A DNA stretch of 64,000 nt from Candidatus Saccharimonadota bacterium (GTDB lineage Bacteria > Patescibacteriota > Saccharimonadia > Saccharimonadales > UBA10212): positions 169,653 to 233,652 of the forward strand of contig JACPKF010000001.1 in the NCBI GenBank assembly GCA_016187125.1. Direction: 5' to 3'. The notes beneath the pieces were generated by a model. It was not told where the DNA came from, searched no databases, and was given only the letters and a program-made list of their open reading frames with translations. Every line of letters starts with the position of its first letter. Position 1 is the first letter of the stretch. The translations under genes were made by a program, and so were the position numbers. Below, one piece after another: positions 10,580-19,122 of the stretch.

Positions 10580-11980
10580 ATGAAGCCGATTAAATTGCCG
10601 AAGGTTAGCGATAAACCAATGCATGATGCCATAGACCCGCTAGACGGCCGTTATTACGATCCTGAAATTGCCAAGTTTTTGTCCGAGCGCAGCACGATTG
10701 CTTACAAGGCCTACGTAGAGGTGGCATTGGCACATAATCTGGCCGACTTCAAAATTTGCTCTGACGCTGACGCGCAGGCCATCGAAGCCGCAGCCGCTAA
10801 AGTTACAGCCGAAGAAGTCACCGAAGAAGAAAAAGCTACCAAGCACGACATCAAGGCTTTGGTGAATGCTATTAAAAAATACACCGGCGAGGATGCTGGA
10901 AGATTTGTCCATTTTGGCGCCACCAGTTACGACATTGTTTCAACCGCCACCAGTTTGCAATTTAGGGCAGCAGCCAATGAACTCATCATTCCCCGCGGCA
11001 GAAAACTGCTTAAAACTTTGGTTGATTTGACCGGGCGTTATGCCGACACGCCGCAGATCGGCCGCACCCACGGCCAGCACGCTGTGCCAATTACTTTCGG
11101 CTTTGTCATGAGCCAGTACGTTTCACGGCTTGGCAAGTCACTCAAGTCTGTTGAGTATAAGGCCAACCACTTAAAAGGCAAGTTCTCCGGCGCAGTCGGT
11201 GCCTATAACGCATTGTCAGTTTTTGTCGATGATCCGCTGGAGTTCGAGAAGAAGTTTTTGGAAAAACTGGGGCTTGAGTCATCGGAATCTTCGACCCAGA
11301 TCGTACCGCCGGATAACATGGTCCGCTTACTTGACGAGCTGGCCATCATAGCCGGCATCATGGCCAATCTGGCGCACGACATGCGCCATCTTCAGCGGAC
11401 CGAGATTGCCGAAATCCGTGAGAAGTTCGAGGAGGGCCAAACCGGCTCCTCGACCATGGCCCATAAACGCAACCCGATCAGTTTTGAAAATGTAGCCAGC
11501 TTGCACAAACAGGTTCTATCTCAAATTCTGAATGCTAACCTTAATCTAACCAGTGAACACCAGCGCGACTTGACCGATTCGGCTTCGGCCCGCTTCTACG
11601 GGGTTCCGGTGGCCACGGTTGCCGTCATGCTCAGCCGACTGAACTCAGCACTATCCAAGATCGAGGTTGATGAAGCCAATATGCAGCGCAACCTAGCCAT
11701 GAGCGGTGGAGCCATCGCCGCCGAACCGCTGTATCTTATGCTCGCCAAATATGGTCACACTTCAGCTCACGAGAAGTCCAAGGAACTGGCACATCAAGCT
11801 TTGGATTCAAATCAACCGTTAGTCGAAGCGATTGCCGCCGACACCGAAGCCAAAACTTACTGGGACAAATTCACCGAAATGGAAAAACAAATCATCACCG
11901 AACCACAAAAATATTATCTTGGGCTGGCATCCGAAAAGGCAAATGCTATCGCATCCAACTGGCATAAAAACCTAAATTAA
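10580..11980 (+). CDS. purB: Adenylosuccinate lyase
   Basis: PurB family (fumarate lyase signature region GSSTMAHKRNP); likely ATG at 10580 with GGAG RBS (track ORF begins 10529). Confidence 0.9.
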   Translation: MKPIKLPKVSDKPMHDAIDPLDGRYYDPEIAKFLSERSTIAYKAYVEVALAHNLADFKICSDADAQAIEAAAAKVTAEEVTEEEKATKHDIKALVNAIKKYTGEDAGRFVHFGATSYDIVSTATSLQFRAAANELIIPRGRKLLKTLVDLTGRYADTPQIGRTHGQHAVPITFGFVMSQYVSRLGKSLKSVEYKANHLKGKFSGAVGAYNALSVFVDDPLEFEKKFLEKLGLESSESSTQIVPPDNMVRLLDELAIIAGIMANLAHDMRHLQRTEIAEIREKFEEGQTGSSTMAHKRNPISFENVASLHKQVLSQILNANLNLTSEHQRDLTDSASARFYGVPVATVAVMLSRLNSALSKIEVDEANMQRNLAMSGGAIAAEPLYLMLAKYGHTSAHEKSKELAHQALDSNQPLVEAIAADTEAKTYWDKFTEMEKQIITEPQKYYLGLASEKANAIASNWHKNLN

Positions 11981-11982
11981 TT

Positions 11983-12213
11983 TTATTTACGTTTTTTATC
12001 GATTTCACTTTTGACGATTTTCCACTCGGCTATGGACGGATGGTCGCTACCGTCGGACGATTTTGGTGTACTTTCGAATCGTCTCATTTGAATCTCAAAC
12101 AGCTCATTAACAACTTGCGAAAGCGATTTGCTGTGCTGCAATGAATATAGTTGCAGGAATTTTTTAACATACGGCTCTAAGTAAATGGTCGTTTTCTCAG
12201 TTAATTTAGTCAC
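11983..12213 (-). CDS. Ribbon-helix-helix (CopG/Arc-like) DNA-binding protein
   Basis: 76 aa; N-terminal beta-strand then helices (TTIYLEPYVKKFLQLYS...SLSQVVNELF); GTG start with AGGAGG RBS; adjacent to iteron field. Confidence 0.5.
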   Translation of the reverse strand: MTKLTEKTTIYLEPYVKKFLQLYSLQHSKSLSQVVNELFEIQMRRFESTPKSSDGSDHPSIAEWKIVKSEIDKKRK

Positions 12214-12239
12214 CTTGTCATACCTCCTATACTCGTCAC

Positions 12240-12720
12240 ACTGTCTGTATAGTTCTTACGAAATATTACTGTTACAACGTTACAACGTCAAGACGCTGTT
12301 AAGTGTGACAGTGAGTATGCTGGGGTAATAGGCGTGCATGAATGTGACGTTGTGACGTCAAGACGTTATTATGCATTTTATGGCGTGATAAAATTTAATT
12401 TCTGAGACTAATTCTAGCGTTATGACGTCATGACGTTGCGGAGATTGGTGGGAATCTTGTGTTAAAACTACATCTGTTTAAACCTAAATCTGTCGAAAAA
12501 TGACGTTATAACGTTATGACGTCATTGGCAGGATGAGAGTTAATGGTGGGTTAGTTAACTAAATTGAATGGTTGCCTTACATTGGACGTGGAGTTGAGTG
12601 TTAACGTTGTGACGCTGTACCGTCATGACGTTGCGCGGAGTGGTGGAAGTTCCCTGTGTTAAAACTAGATCTGCCGAAAAAATGACGTTATGGCGTCATA
12701 GCGTCATGCGGTAAGGGATA
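12240..12720. repeat. Iteron-like repeat field: about 15 ACGTCA/TGACGT half-sites including several TGACGTCA palindromes, plus two ~90-nt direct repeats
   Basis: Units such as ACGTTACAACGTCAAGACG, GTGACGTTGTGACGTCAAGACG, TTATGACGTCATGACGTTGCGG; the long direct repeat occurs at about 12418-12520 and about 12620-12705 (...GTGTTAAAACTAnATCTG...GAAAAATGACGTTAT...). Confidence 0.7.
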
Positions 12721-12791
12721 TGCTGTAAGGGTGGTGTATGTTCGACGAGCTACATTCAGCAATCAAGAAAAACAAATAGTTCTAACAAAAA

Positions 12792-14195
12792 CTACCTTCG
12801 GCGAGCACGAGTGTTTGAAGCATGCCGACGCACCGGTTGAGATGTTTGGTGTATCCCAGCGTCATGTATCATCCTTTTAAGACTTCTCTTGGGCTGATTG
12901 TTATCGTTACCACCGCTTCGTTCTACAGGTTTGATCGTAGGCGGACTTGTACTTTCGGATAAGCTACCCGCTGTGCCGTAATAGCCGGCTTTAAGATGCC
13001 TTAATCCCCCGATAGATTGTAGTTTATCGACAACGATCGCAAAATCTCCCGGTGGCAATCTATCGCCAAAAAGGTCTCGAGTTATTTCAGCCACGTGCAC
13101 TGTTGGTTTATCAGCAAATAATGCCAGTACTCTTTCTTCAAAATCATCTGGAAGCTTAAATCCATTGGTTGCCGCAGCTTTTTTCAGATCTGATGCATGG
13201 TCGCCTATGTTATACGACGGGGTAGTAAATACATCTCGGCCTTGGTTAATTACAAAGCCTCGCTCGCAAAGATCCAGCAATACCGAGCGCACCTTTTCAA
13301 TGTTTTCAGTCTCAAGCTGTGCTCGAAAAATTTTTCTGATAAGAGAAAGAGTCGATACGGCTCGCCTAGTCACATTTATGGCTGTAACTGCTTCGGCCTC
13401 AAAGTTAGGATGAAGATTAAAAGGACGCTTATAGTTGGCTAAAGCTTCCATTGCCATCCGTTTTTCCTCAACAATTTTATCCCGAATACCGAGTATTATT
13501 TCTTGTATACTTTCTCCAGCTTCGGAATCGACAGTATTGGTTGTTCCATCGACTAATCGATCCCTCAAATTTTGAAGAGGAACTTTTTTACTACTTTCTA
13601 CTAGTGACCTACGACCGATAGAAATAGCAGGAGGAGTTACCCACTCCTCGGCTGCTATATCAACTACTCGTTCGCCGCTGGCCCATCGCCGAACTCTTCT
13701 AATTTGCGTTTCTATGCTTTTCCTATTTGATGTCCCTGGCAATTCCGACATTAACCTTGTAAATGCAACTTCCACCTCTTCATCGTTCATTGTGACAATC
13801 TCAGCATGACCATATACATTCTCCAAAAACGAGCGCATTCGCTGGCTCGAGGCATCGGGTTCTATTTTTTTCAACGTTTTTGATTCTGAAACAGCCTGAG
13901 GGTCTACGTTATCCGACATGTCATCTCTACGCTCAGGCTGTTGTAGCTGTATAACTTCAGCATCTCGTACTTCTCCTTGTGGAAATGTTTCTGGCATAGG
14001 TTCAGCGTTCATTACTTCAGAATATTTCTGAGTGTAAGCATCTGATAAAAGACTATCCAGCTCAATCGGAAACAGATCGACTGAATGTTCTTTAAGCAAA
14101 AATCTCAGCGAGGCAACATACTCACCGGCTGCCCGCAAAGCCAGCCTGTTTTGGGTAGACAAGTCAATATTTAGTTCAAAAAAATCTGTTGACAT
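12792..14195 (-). CDS. Hypothetical protein, 467 aa; possible replication-initiator-like DNA-binding protein (two winged-helix-like segments; basic C-terminus abutting the iteron field)
   Basis: ORF adjacent to iterons; segments RSVLLDLCERGFVINQGRDVF and VHVAEITRDLFGD...FAIVVDKLQSIGGLRHL look like winged helices; no family recognised with certainty. Confidence 0.5.
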   Translation of the reverse strand: MSTDFFELNIDLSTQNRLALRAAGEYVASLRFLLKEHSVDLFPIELDSLLSDAYTQKYSEVMNAEPMPETFPQGEVRDAEVIQLQQPERRDDMSDNVDPQAVSESKTLKKIEPDASSQRMRSFLENVYGHAEIVTMNDEEVEVAFTRLMSELPGTSNRKSIETQIRRVRRWASGERVVDIAAEEWVTPPAISIGRRSLVESSKKVPLQNLRDRLVDGTTNTVDSEAGESIQEIILGIRDKIVEEKRMAMEALANYKRPFNLHPNFEAEAVTAINVTRRAVSTLSLIRKIFRAQLETENIEKVRSVLLDLCERGFVINQGRDVFTTPSYNIGDHASDLKKAAATNGFKLPDDFEERVLALFADKPTVHVAEITRDLFGDRLPPGDFAIVVDKLQSIGGLRHLKAGYYGTAGSLSESTSPPTIKPVERSGGNDNNQPKRSLKRMIHDAGIHQTSQPVRRHASNTRARRR

Positions 14196-14289
14196 TGTAT
14201 CCCCGATATTAAACCATTTTTCCTTAGTTAATAAAATGGTGGATGGTTGTTCGCTAGAAAAAAGTCTGTTGGGATAAATTTACTGACCA

Positions 14290-14408
14290 GGAAAAACAAA
14301 ATCATCACCGAACCACAAAAATACTACCTCGGCCTCGCATCCCAAAAAGCCAAAACTATAGCCGCTCCTGGAAAAAATCAATCTAATATGTACTTAAGTA
14401 TTCGATAG
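14290..14408 (+). repeat. Diverged second copy of purB 3' end (would encode IITEPQKYYLGLASQKAKTIAAPGKNQSNMYLSIR*)
   Basis: About 30 nt near-identical to 11881-11913, then about 65% identity; maintains the purB reading frame. Confidence 0.7.
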
Positions 14409-15039
14409 TAGCGGAGGTAGCGGAAAGGCCTAAGCCACCTATCCGTTCAGCATGTAATGATAGAACATCGGCTAATGTTCCTCGTTGTTCAGGCAATACT
14501 GCTTCACGAGGGTCCTGACGCGTGGCCAGGCGACGAGCGATTATTTCTGCTACCGTTCTCGAATTTTGATATACGTACGGACGATTAAAAGCAAAAAATG
14601 CGGTTACTATATCGCGGAATCGTTTATCGTGGTGCATCAACACTTCCGTTCGCTCGGTTATAACAGCATTCCTAGCCCGGCGAAAGTTTTGGCGCGGTTC
14701 ATCAAACTCCAACAGCGCAGCGTCAAGCAATATATCGGCTGCCATTGTGGCGCTGGCACGAGCTGCCCTAACCTCAAGTCCGGCTTCTGTCAAATCAGTC
14801 CATAGCGGGACTGTCATTTCTGGTACTTCGGGCTGAGCGCCAAAAAAACTGTCTGTTGTATGGTGAAAATCAATGCCCAGGTCTATCTGGACGCTCAATC
14901 CCCTTATTGGAACATTTTCACCATGTAAAGCTTTATGAATACCGGCGAAATCAGGTAATGTGCTGCCTAGGACAATATCGCGCTCACGGCCACTAAAAAC
15001 AGAAGTAGTTATATGTGTGTGCGCCAGGATGTTCGGCAT
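14383..15039 (-). CDS. Hypothetical protein, 218 aa (N-terminal HTH-x-T-S motif faintly reminiscent of PHP/metal-dependent phosphoesterases)
   Basis: ORF between purB 3' copies B and C. Confidence 0.4.
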   Translation of the reverse strand: MPNILAHTHITTSVFSGRERDIVLGSTLPDFAGIHKALHGENVPIRGLSVQIDLGIDFHHTTDSFFGAQPEVPEMTVPLWTDLTEAGLEVRAARASATMAADILLDAALLEFDEPRQNFRRARNAVITERTEVLMHHDKRFRDIVTAFFAFNRPYVYQNSRTVAEIIARRLATRQDPREAVLPEQRGTLADVLSLHAERIGGLGLSATSATIEYLSTY

Positions 15040-15079
15040 TTAAATAATATATACCAAGTTTTAGCCATAGTACAAACAA

Positions 15080-15175
15080 GAAAGACAAATCATCACCGAG
15101 CCGCAAAAATACTATCTAGGTCTTGCTTCCCAAAAAGCCAAAACTGTAACGGCCTACTGGAAAAGCAAGCTCTGA
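15080..15175 (+). repeat. Diverged third copy of purB 3' end (would encode IITEPQKYYLGLASQKAKTVTAYWKSKL*)
   Basis: GAAAGACAAATCATCACCGAGCCGCAAAAATACTA... aligned to 11881-11980. Confidence 0.7.
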
Positions 15176-15187
15176 GATATTTGGAGT

Positions 15188-16090
15188 TTAGTTGGAGCCA
15201 AGCCTTGCTACGGCTATAGGTCTTACTGCGTTTTTGAGATTATCATGACTGAATAGTGATTCATCAGACCCAAAGATAGAAACAAGGATGTTGACCTTTC
15301 TCCCTCTGCCCTCTCTTAGAACGCAACCATCGCGACCACTGAAACTATGCAGTGATCTGTCTGGGAATACCAAGCCAACACCTTTCATTATTGCCCTAGC
15401 ATCTTTCCTACCATGACAGCTAAGTCTAAATTCTGATCCCTTGTTCTTAACAATTTGAGCAATTGCCAGTCCTCCAATGCCAATTGTCTTAACGACTAAA
15501 GCAGCTTTTTGCTCGCTATATGGATCTACTACCTTGCCAAAAGAGTCTCTAACAGTGTCATTAAAAATAGTCGTGTCTTGAATGATTCCCTCAGATATCC
15601 TATCTGAAGCGCGATCAACAGCCCTAGCGAAGGGCCTATAGAAACGCGCTGCGGCTATCACACCGGCCAATGGCAAGTATAAAAGAGGGTAGCGAAACTC
15701 GAATGGTCCAATTGTCGGGGCAGCAGCTCGCGCCCGAACTATAATTTCTTCTCTTTGCTGAAATAAAGATCGCCCTCCTTCCATCTGGGGAATTCGCTTG
15801 CTAACTAAATGACCAAAAATAGTTGGCCAGATGGTTGGAAGAATGGGCTCTTCAAGCCTCCTAGCATAACGAAGCGCTTGATCGTCTGTCACCTGTGCAC
15901 GTTCGAATGTAACTAAAGTCGATTCTTCTAATGGAGTAAGCCGTCTACTTTCATATCCAAAACCAGGCTTTGTTATTTGAGTAAAATTAATGCCTGACTG
16001 TGGATCTAGTTGCGGGCGAACTTCCAAGAGTAGGGAATCGTCTGGTCCTCGACCCATAATAAACTTGCGTGGTGTTTCCCTAAGTACCAT
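15188..16090 (-). CDS. Hypothetical protein, 300 aa
   Basis: Uninterrupted ORF, no recognisable family. Confidence 0.45.
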   Translation of the reverse strand: MVLRETPRKFIMGRGPDDSLLLEVRPQLDPQSGINFTQITKPGFGYESRRLTPLEESTLVTFERAQVTDDQALRYARRLEEPILPTIWPTIFGHLVSKRIPQMEGGRSLFQQREEIIVRARAAAPTIGPFEFRYPLLYLPLAGVIAAARFYRPFARAVDRASDRISEGIIQDTTIFNDTVRDSFGKVVDPYSEQKAALVVKTIGIGGLAIAQIVKNKGSEFRLSCHGRKDARAIMKGVGLVFPDRSLHSFSGRDGCVLREGRGRKVNILVSIFGSDESLFSHDNLKNAVRPIAVARLGSN

Positions 16091-16212
16091 TTATAATATA
16101 CCTCTCTTCAATGGAGTAACAATACAACAAAAATTATAGTATTTCAATAAAATGGCCCTATTTTACTCAAAATACTTTATAGCGCGCGGTGGCCGATTAT
16201 CAGTGTTTTCAA

Positions 16213-16797
16213 CTAGAGCCACTCAGCTACGCCCCCATGGTGCGAGCAAGTACCACTGCGAGACTGGCTATAGCTGTATGAGCCATCGCGGCATCTAGCC
16301 GTTGGCGAATTCCCAGGTATCGGTTCTGGTGTCGGGCTACATACAGTATTACCAATAGAATTCACGTATGTACCATTTGGACAGGTAGGTATAACTGGAG
16401 CAACATATGTGCCGTGATTAATAACTTTCGTTATTGGTTGGGTAGTTATTTCTTCTTTAAGCTGAATTCGGCCGGTTTCCGTACCGTTGGTATATGTGAC
16501 ATCATAGATCCTCGTCCTCACCCCATTGAAACCTTCAATCGTAACGTTGTCGGTTCCGGCAGCCAGTGTCACATCATCGACTTTTTTTGTTTCAAAGGGT
16601 ACAGCTTCTGTGACAGTTACTGTTTTATGCTCGATATTGTCGCTTTTTACTACTGAAGGAGCTTCAACGGGCGGAGCTGTTTGATTATTAGAGGTCGCGC
16701 CGGTAGCTCCAATTGTTACGATTGATACACCAGTTACTACGCCTACTTTTCCAACAGTAGATAGAGCCGCGAACCAGCCCTTCAATGCACCAAACAT
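16213..16797 (-). CDS. Membrane-anchored/secreted protein with C-terminal DUF3761-like Cys motif
   Basis: N-terminal TM/signal segment; C-terminus CRDGSYSYSQSRSGTCSHHGGVAEWL matches the conserved DUF3761 signature (CxDGxxSxS..GxCSxHGGV..W). Confidence 0.6.
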   Translation of the reverse strand: MFGALKGWFAALSTVGKVGVVTGVSIVTIGATGATSNNQTAPPVEAPSVVKSDNIEHKTVTVTEAVPFETKKVDDVTLAAGTDNVTIEGFNGVRTRIYDVTYTNGTETGRIQLKEEITTQPITKVINHGTYVAPVIPTCPNGTYVNSIGNTVCSPTPEPIPGNSPTARCRDGSYSYSQSRSGTCSHHGGVAEWL

Positions 16798-16922
16798 ACC
16801 CCACCCCCACTTTATATATTTTTATTGTACTCGTGGAATCAATAAACGGACAGATTTAGAGAACGCGGAGGCCGATGTCATGAAAATAGCTAAGAGCCAT
16901 TAGCTAATAGCTCTTAGCAGGT

Positions 16923-18209
16923 TTAGTGATTCAAAACCCGAAAACCAATATCCGTACGAAAATGCATATCTTTAAAATGGATTCCACTTGGCCCAATTTG
17001 AGCGTAGGCTTTTGCAAGGGCATTTTTTAAATCTTTGCCGTAGGCGGTTACATTTAAAACCCGACCACCATTTGTCAAAATTTTGCCATCCTCGTTTTTT
17101 GTGCCAGCATGAAAAATAACAACGTCCGGATCTTCAACACTATTTAGTCCCATAATCTCGTAGTCTGTTTGGTAACTCCCCGGATAACCACCACTTGTAA
17201 GCACTATATTGACAGCCGCTCCGGGTTTAATTCGGATAGCTTTAGAAGTTAGTCTGCCTTCCGCAGACTGCATTAGAAGCGGATAGATATCTTCATCAAT
17301 CACCCGCATCATTGGTTGGCACTCCGGATCGCCAAAACGACAGTTGAACTCAATTACTTTTGGATCGCCTGCCTCGGTTATAAAAAGTCCGCCATAGAGC
17401 ACACCTTTGTAGGGTCTACCATCGGATCGCATGCCATCAACGGTGGCCTGGATTATTTCCTTTTGAACTTGTTCATCTAACTCATCGGTCATAAATGGTA
17501 CAGGGGTATATGCACCCACACCTCCGGTATTGGGTCCTTTGTCGCCATCATAAATTCGTTTATGATCTTGAAGATAGGGCAGCATCAGAATATTTTCTCC
17601 GTCACTGAGCGCAAAAGTGCTGACTTCTTGGCCACGCAGTCTTTCTTGAAAGACAATTTGGTTACCTGAATCGCCAAAGATTTTTTTGGCCATGATATCG
17701 CCAAGTGCCGTTTCTGCTTCTTCTTGGGTCTCGGGCAGAATCACACCTTTGCCGCCGGCAAGGCCGTCGGCTTTAATTACATAACTCTGCGGCGGATGCT
17801 GCCGCACATACGCTTTTGCCTCGGCCAAAGAACTGACTACCGTGGAGTCCGGGTAGGGAATTTTATGCCTTTTTAAGAAACTATCCGAGAATACCTTGCT
17901 GGTCTCGATCTTAGCAGCAGCTTTGCTCGGTCCAAAAATTTTTAAACCTTCCTTCTCAAATAAGTCTACAATGCCTTCAGCCAAGGGCATCTCCGGGCTG
18001 ACAACCGTCAGATCGATCTTATTTTGCTTGGCGAAGTCGGCCAGTTTATTAAGTTCGCTAACATTGATATCTATATTTTCACCGACTTGGCTTGTTCCCC
18101 CGTTACCCGGCGCAAAATATACTTTTTCAACCAGTGGCGACTGGGCAATTTTCCAGCTTAGAGCATGGGCTCGTCCCTCACCACCAACGATTAAGACTTT
18201 GGCCATCAC
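16923..18209 (-). CDS. purD: Phosphoribosylamine--glycine ligase (GAR synthetase)
   Basis: 428 aa ATP-grasp PurD family; N-terminus KVLIVGGEGRAHAL. Confidence 0.95.
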   Translation of the reverse strand: MMAKVLIVGGEGRAHALSWKIAQSPLVEKVYFAPGNGGTSQVGENIDINVSELNKLADFAKQNKIDLTVVSPEMPLAEGIVDLFEKEGLKIFGPSKAAAKIETSKVFSDSFLKRHKIPYPDSTVVSSLAEAKAYVRQHPPQSYVIKADGLAGGKGVILPETQEEAETALGDIMAKKIFGDSGNQIVFQERLRGQEVSTFALSDGENILMLPYLQDHKRIYDGDKGPNTGGVGAYTPVPFMTDELDEQVQKEIIQATVDGMRSDGRPYKGVLYGGLFITEAGDPKVIEFNCRFGDPECQPMMRVIDEDIYPLLMQSAEGRLTSKAIRIKPGAAVNIVLTSGGYPGSYQTDYEIMGLNSVEDPDVVIFHAGTKNEDGKILTNGGRVLNVTAYGKDLKNALAKAYAQIGPSGIHFKDMHFRTDIGFRVLNH

Positions 18210-18245
18210 CCAACCTCCGGTTGCTTAAGTAAAAAGTCATTAGTA

Positions 18246-18259
18246 ATAAGCAATAAGCC
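18246..18259. repeat. (AATAAGC)x2, the reverse complement of the GCTTATT heptamer, in the purD-purN spacer
   Basis: Read directly. Confidence 0.7.
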
Positions 18260-18269
18260 TTTTTGCATT

Positions 18270-18980
18270 TTACTTTTTACATTTTGCATGTTGCTCATTT
18301 TTTACCTTGTAAAAATGCCGGCGTTTTTCTATAAAATCTGATAAGTCTTTCGGCAGATGCTTTTTCTGGGATTGCTTAACTCGCTCAAACAAAATCTCGG
18401 CCGTATCAGCGGGTCCGACAGGTACTTTATGTTCGGCAATAGTCGGACCCTCGTCGTAATTTTTGGATACCGCATGGAGTGTGTGGCCAGCCTTTTGGGC
18501 GGGGTGAGCCAAAACGAATTCTTGGACATGAATACCGATCAGCCCTTTGGTAGCCGGCAGTAATCCGGGATGAGTATTGAGCATCATCGCCTGATAAGGA
18601 CTCTTATACTCAGAGCGCCAGCCAAATTTATAGACTAGTCTTTGACCGATCATTTTCATGTAACCCATAAGAAGAACCAGTTCGAAACCACCGTCCTTGA
18701 TAAGATCTACTATCGCCTTCTCTTCCTGCGCAGTTTGTAGGCCGGGCTGTGAACTATTGGTATCGGGATGAGTTTTACTATTAATAAGTGCTGTCTTAAT
18801 GCTCAGGCCATACTCGCTGTTAAGATTGGCTATACGGCGGAAAATTCCGGCATCTTTGTTATTGCAGATCACCAGACCAACTTGCGGCAGACTTGGTTCC
18901 TTAACGCCGGCTCTTATGAGGGCCTCGGTGGTTGTTCCTTCCCCCGACGCTAAAACCGCAACCTTTGCTCCACTCATCAT
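18270..18980 (-). CDS. purN: Phosphoribosylglycinamide formyltransferase
   Basis: Formyl-transferase fold motifs (KVAVLASGEGT..., NTHPGLLP); probable start at MMSGAK (track ORF extends to 19043). Confidence 0.85.
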   Translation of the reverse strand: MMSGAKVAVLASGEGTTTEALIRAGVKEPSLPQVGLVICNNKDAGIFRRIANLNSEYGLSIKTALINSKTHPDTNSSQPGLQTAQEEKAIVDLIKDGGFELVLLMGYMKMIGQRLVYKFGWRSEYKSPYQAMMLNTHPGLLPATKGLIGIHVQEFVLAHPAQKAGHTLHAVSKNYDEGPTIAEHKVPVGPADTAEILFERVKQSQKKHLPKDLSDFIEKRRHFYKVKNEQHAKCKK

Positions 18981-19037
18981 TTGCAAGTATACAATACACT
19001 CCTGGCGAAATCGCTTTCCAATAATAATTAAAACCAC

Positions 19038-19069
19038 CCACAAAAATACGCGATCGCGTATTTTTGTGG
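19038..19069. promoter_or_regulatory. Perfect 32-nt palindrome with GCGATCGC core between purF stop and purN start; hairpin/terminator-attenuator or operator
   Basis: CCACAAAAATACGCGATCGCGTATTTTTGTGG; shares ACAAAAAT-N3-CGATCG-N3-ATTTTTGT architecture with 9371-9412. Confidence 0.5.
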
Positions 19070-19122
19070 CCTTTTGTTCAAATTAAAGAAGTCAGGTAGT
19101 GGCCTTGGCTTTGCTGAGTACT

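Larger units (their letters stand above)
11981..15079. mobile_element. Putative integrated element(s) at the 3' end of purB, delimited by three diverged copies of the purB 3' terminus; no recognisable integrase
   Basis: purB 3' ~100 nt (11881-11980) recurs in diverged form at 14290-14408 and 15080-15175; each encodes an alternative in-frame PurB C-terminus (IITEPQKYYLGLAS...). Contents are an RHH gene, an iteron field and unknown ORFs. Confidence 0.4.

Noticed and set aside
12240-12720. Possible CRISPR array, because many short repeats recur
   Set aside because: The repeat units are degenerate and their spacing is irregular, at 66 to 100 nt. The units are palindromic half-sites rather than 28-37-nt uniform repeats, and there is no cas gene. 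The region is interpreted as an iteron or operator field.
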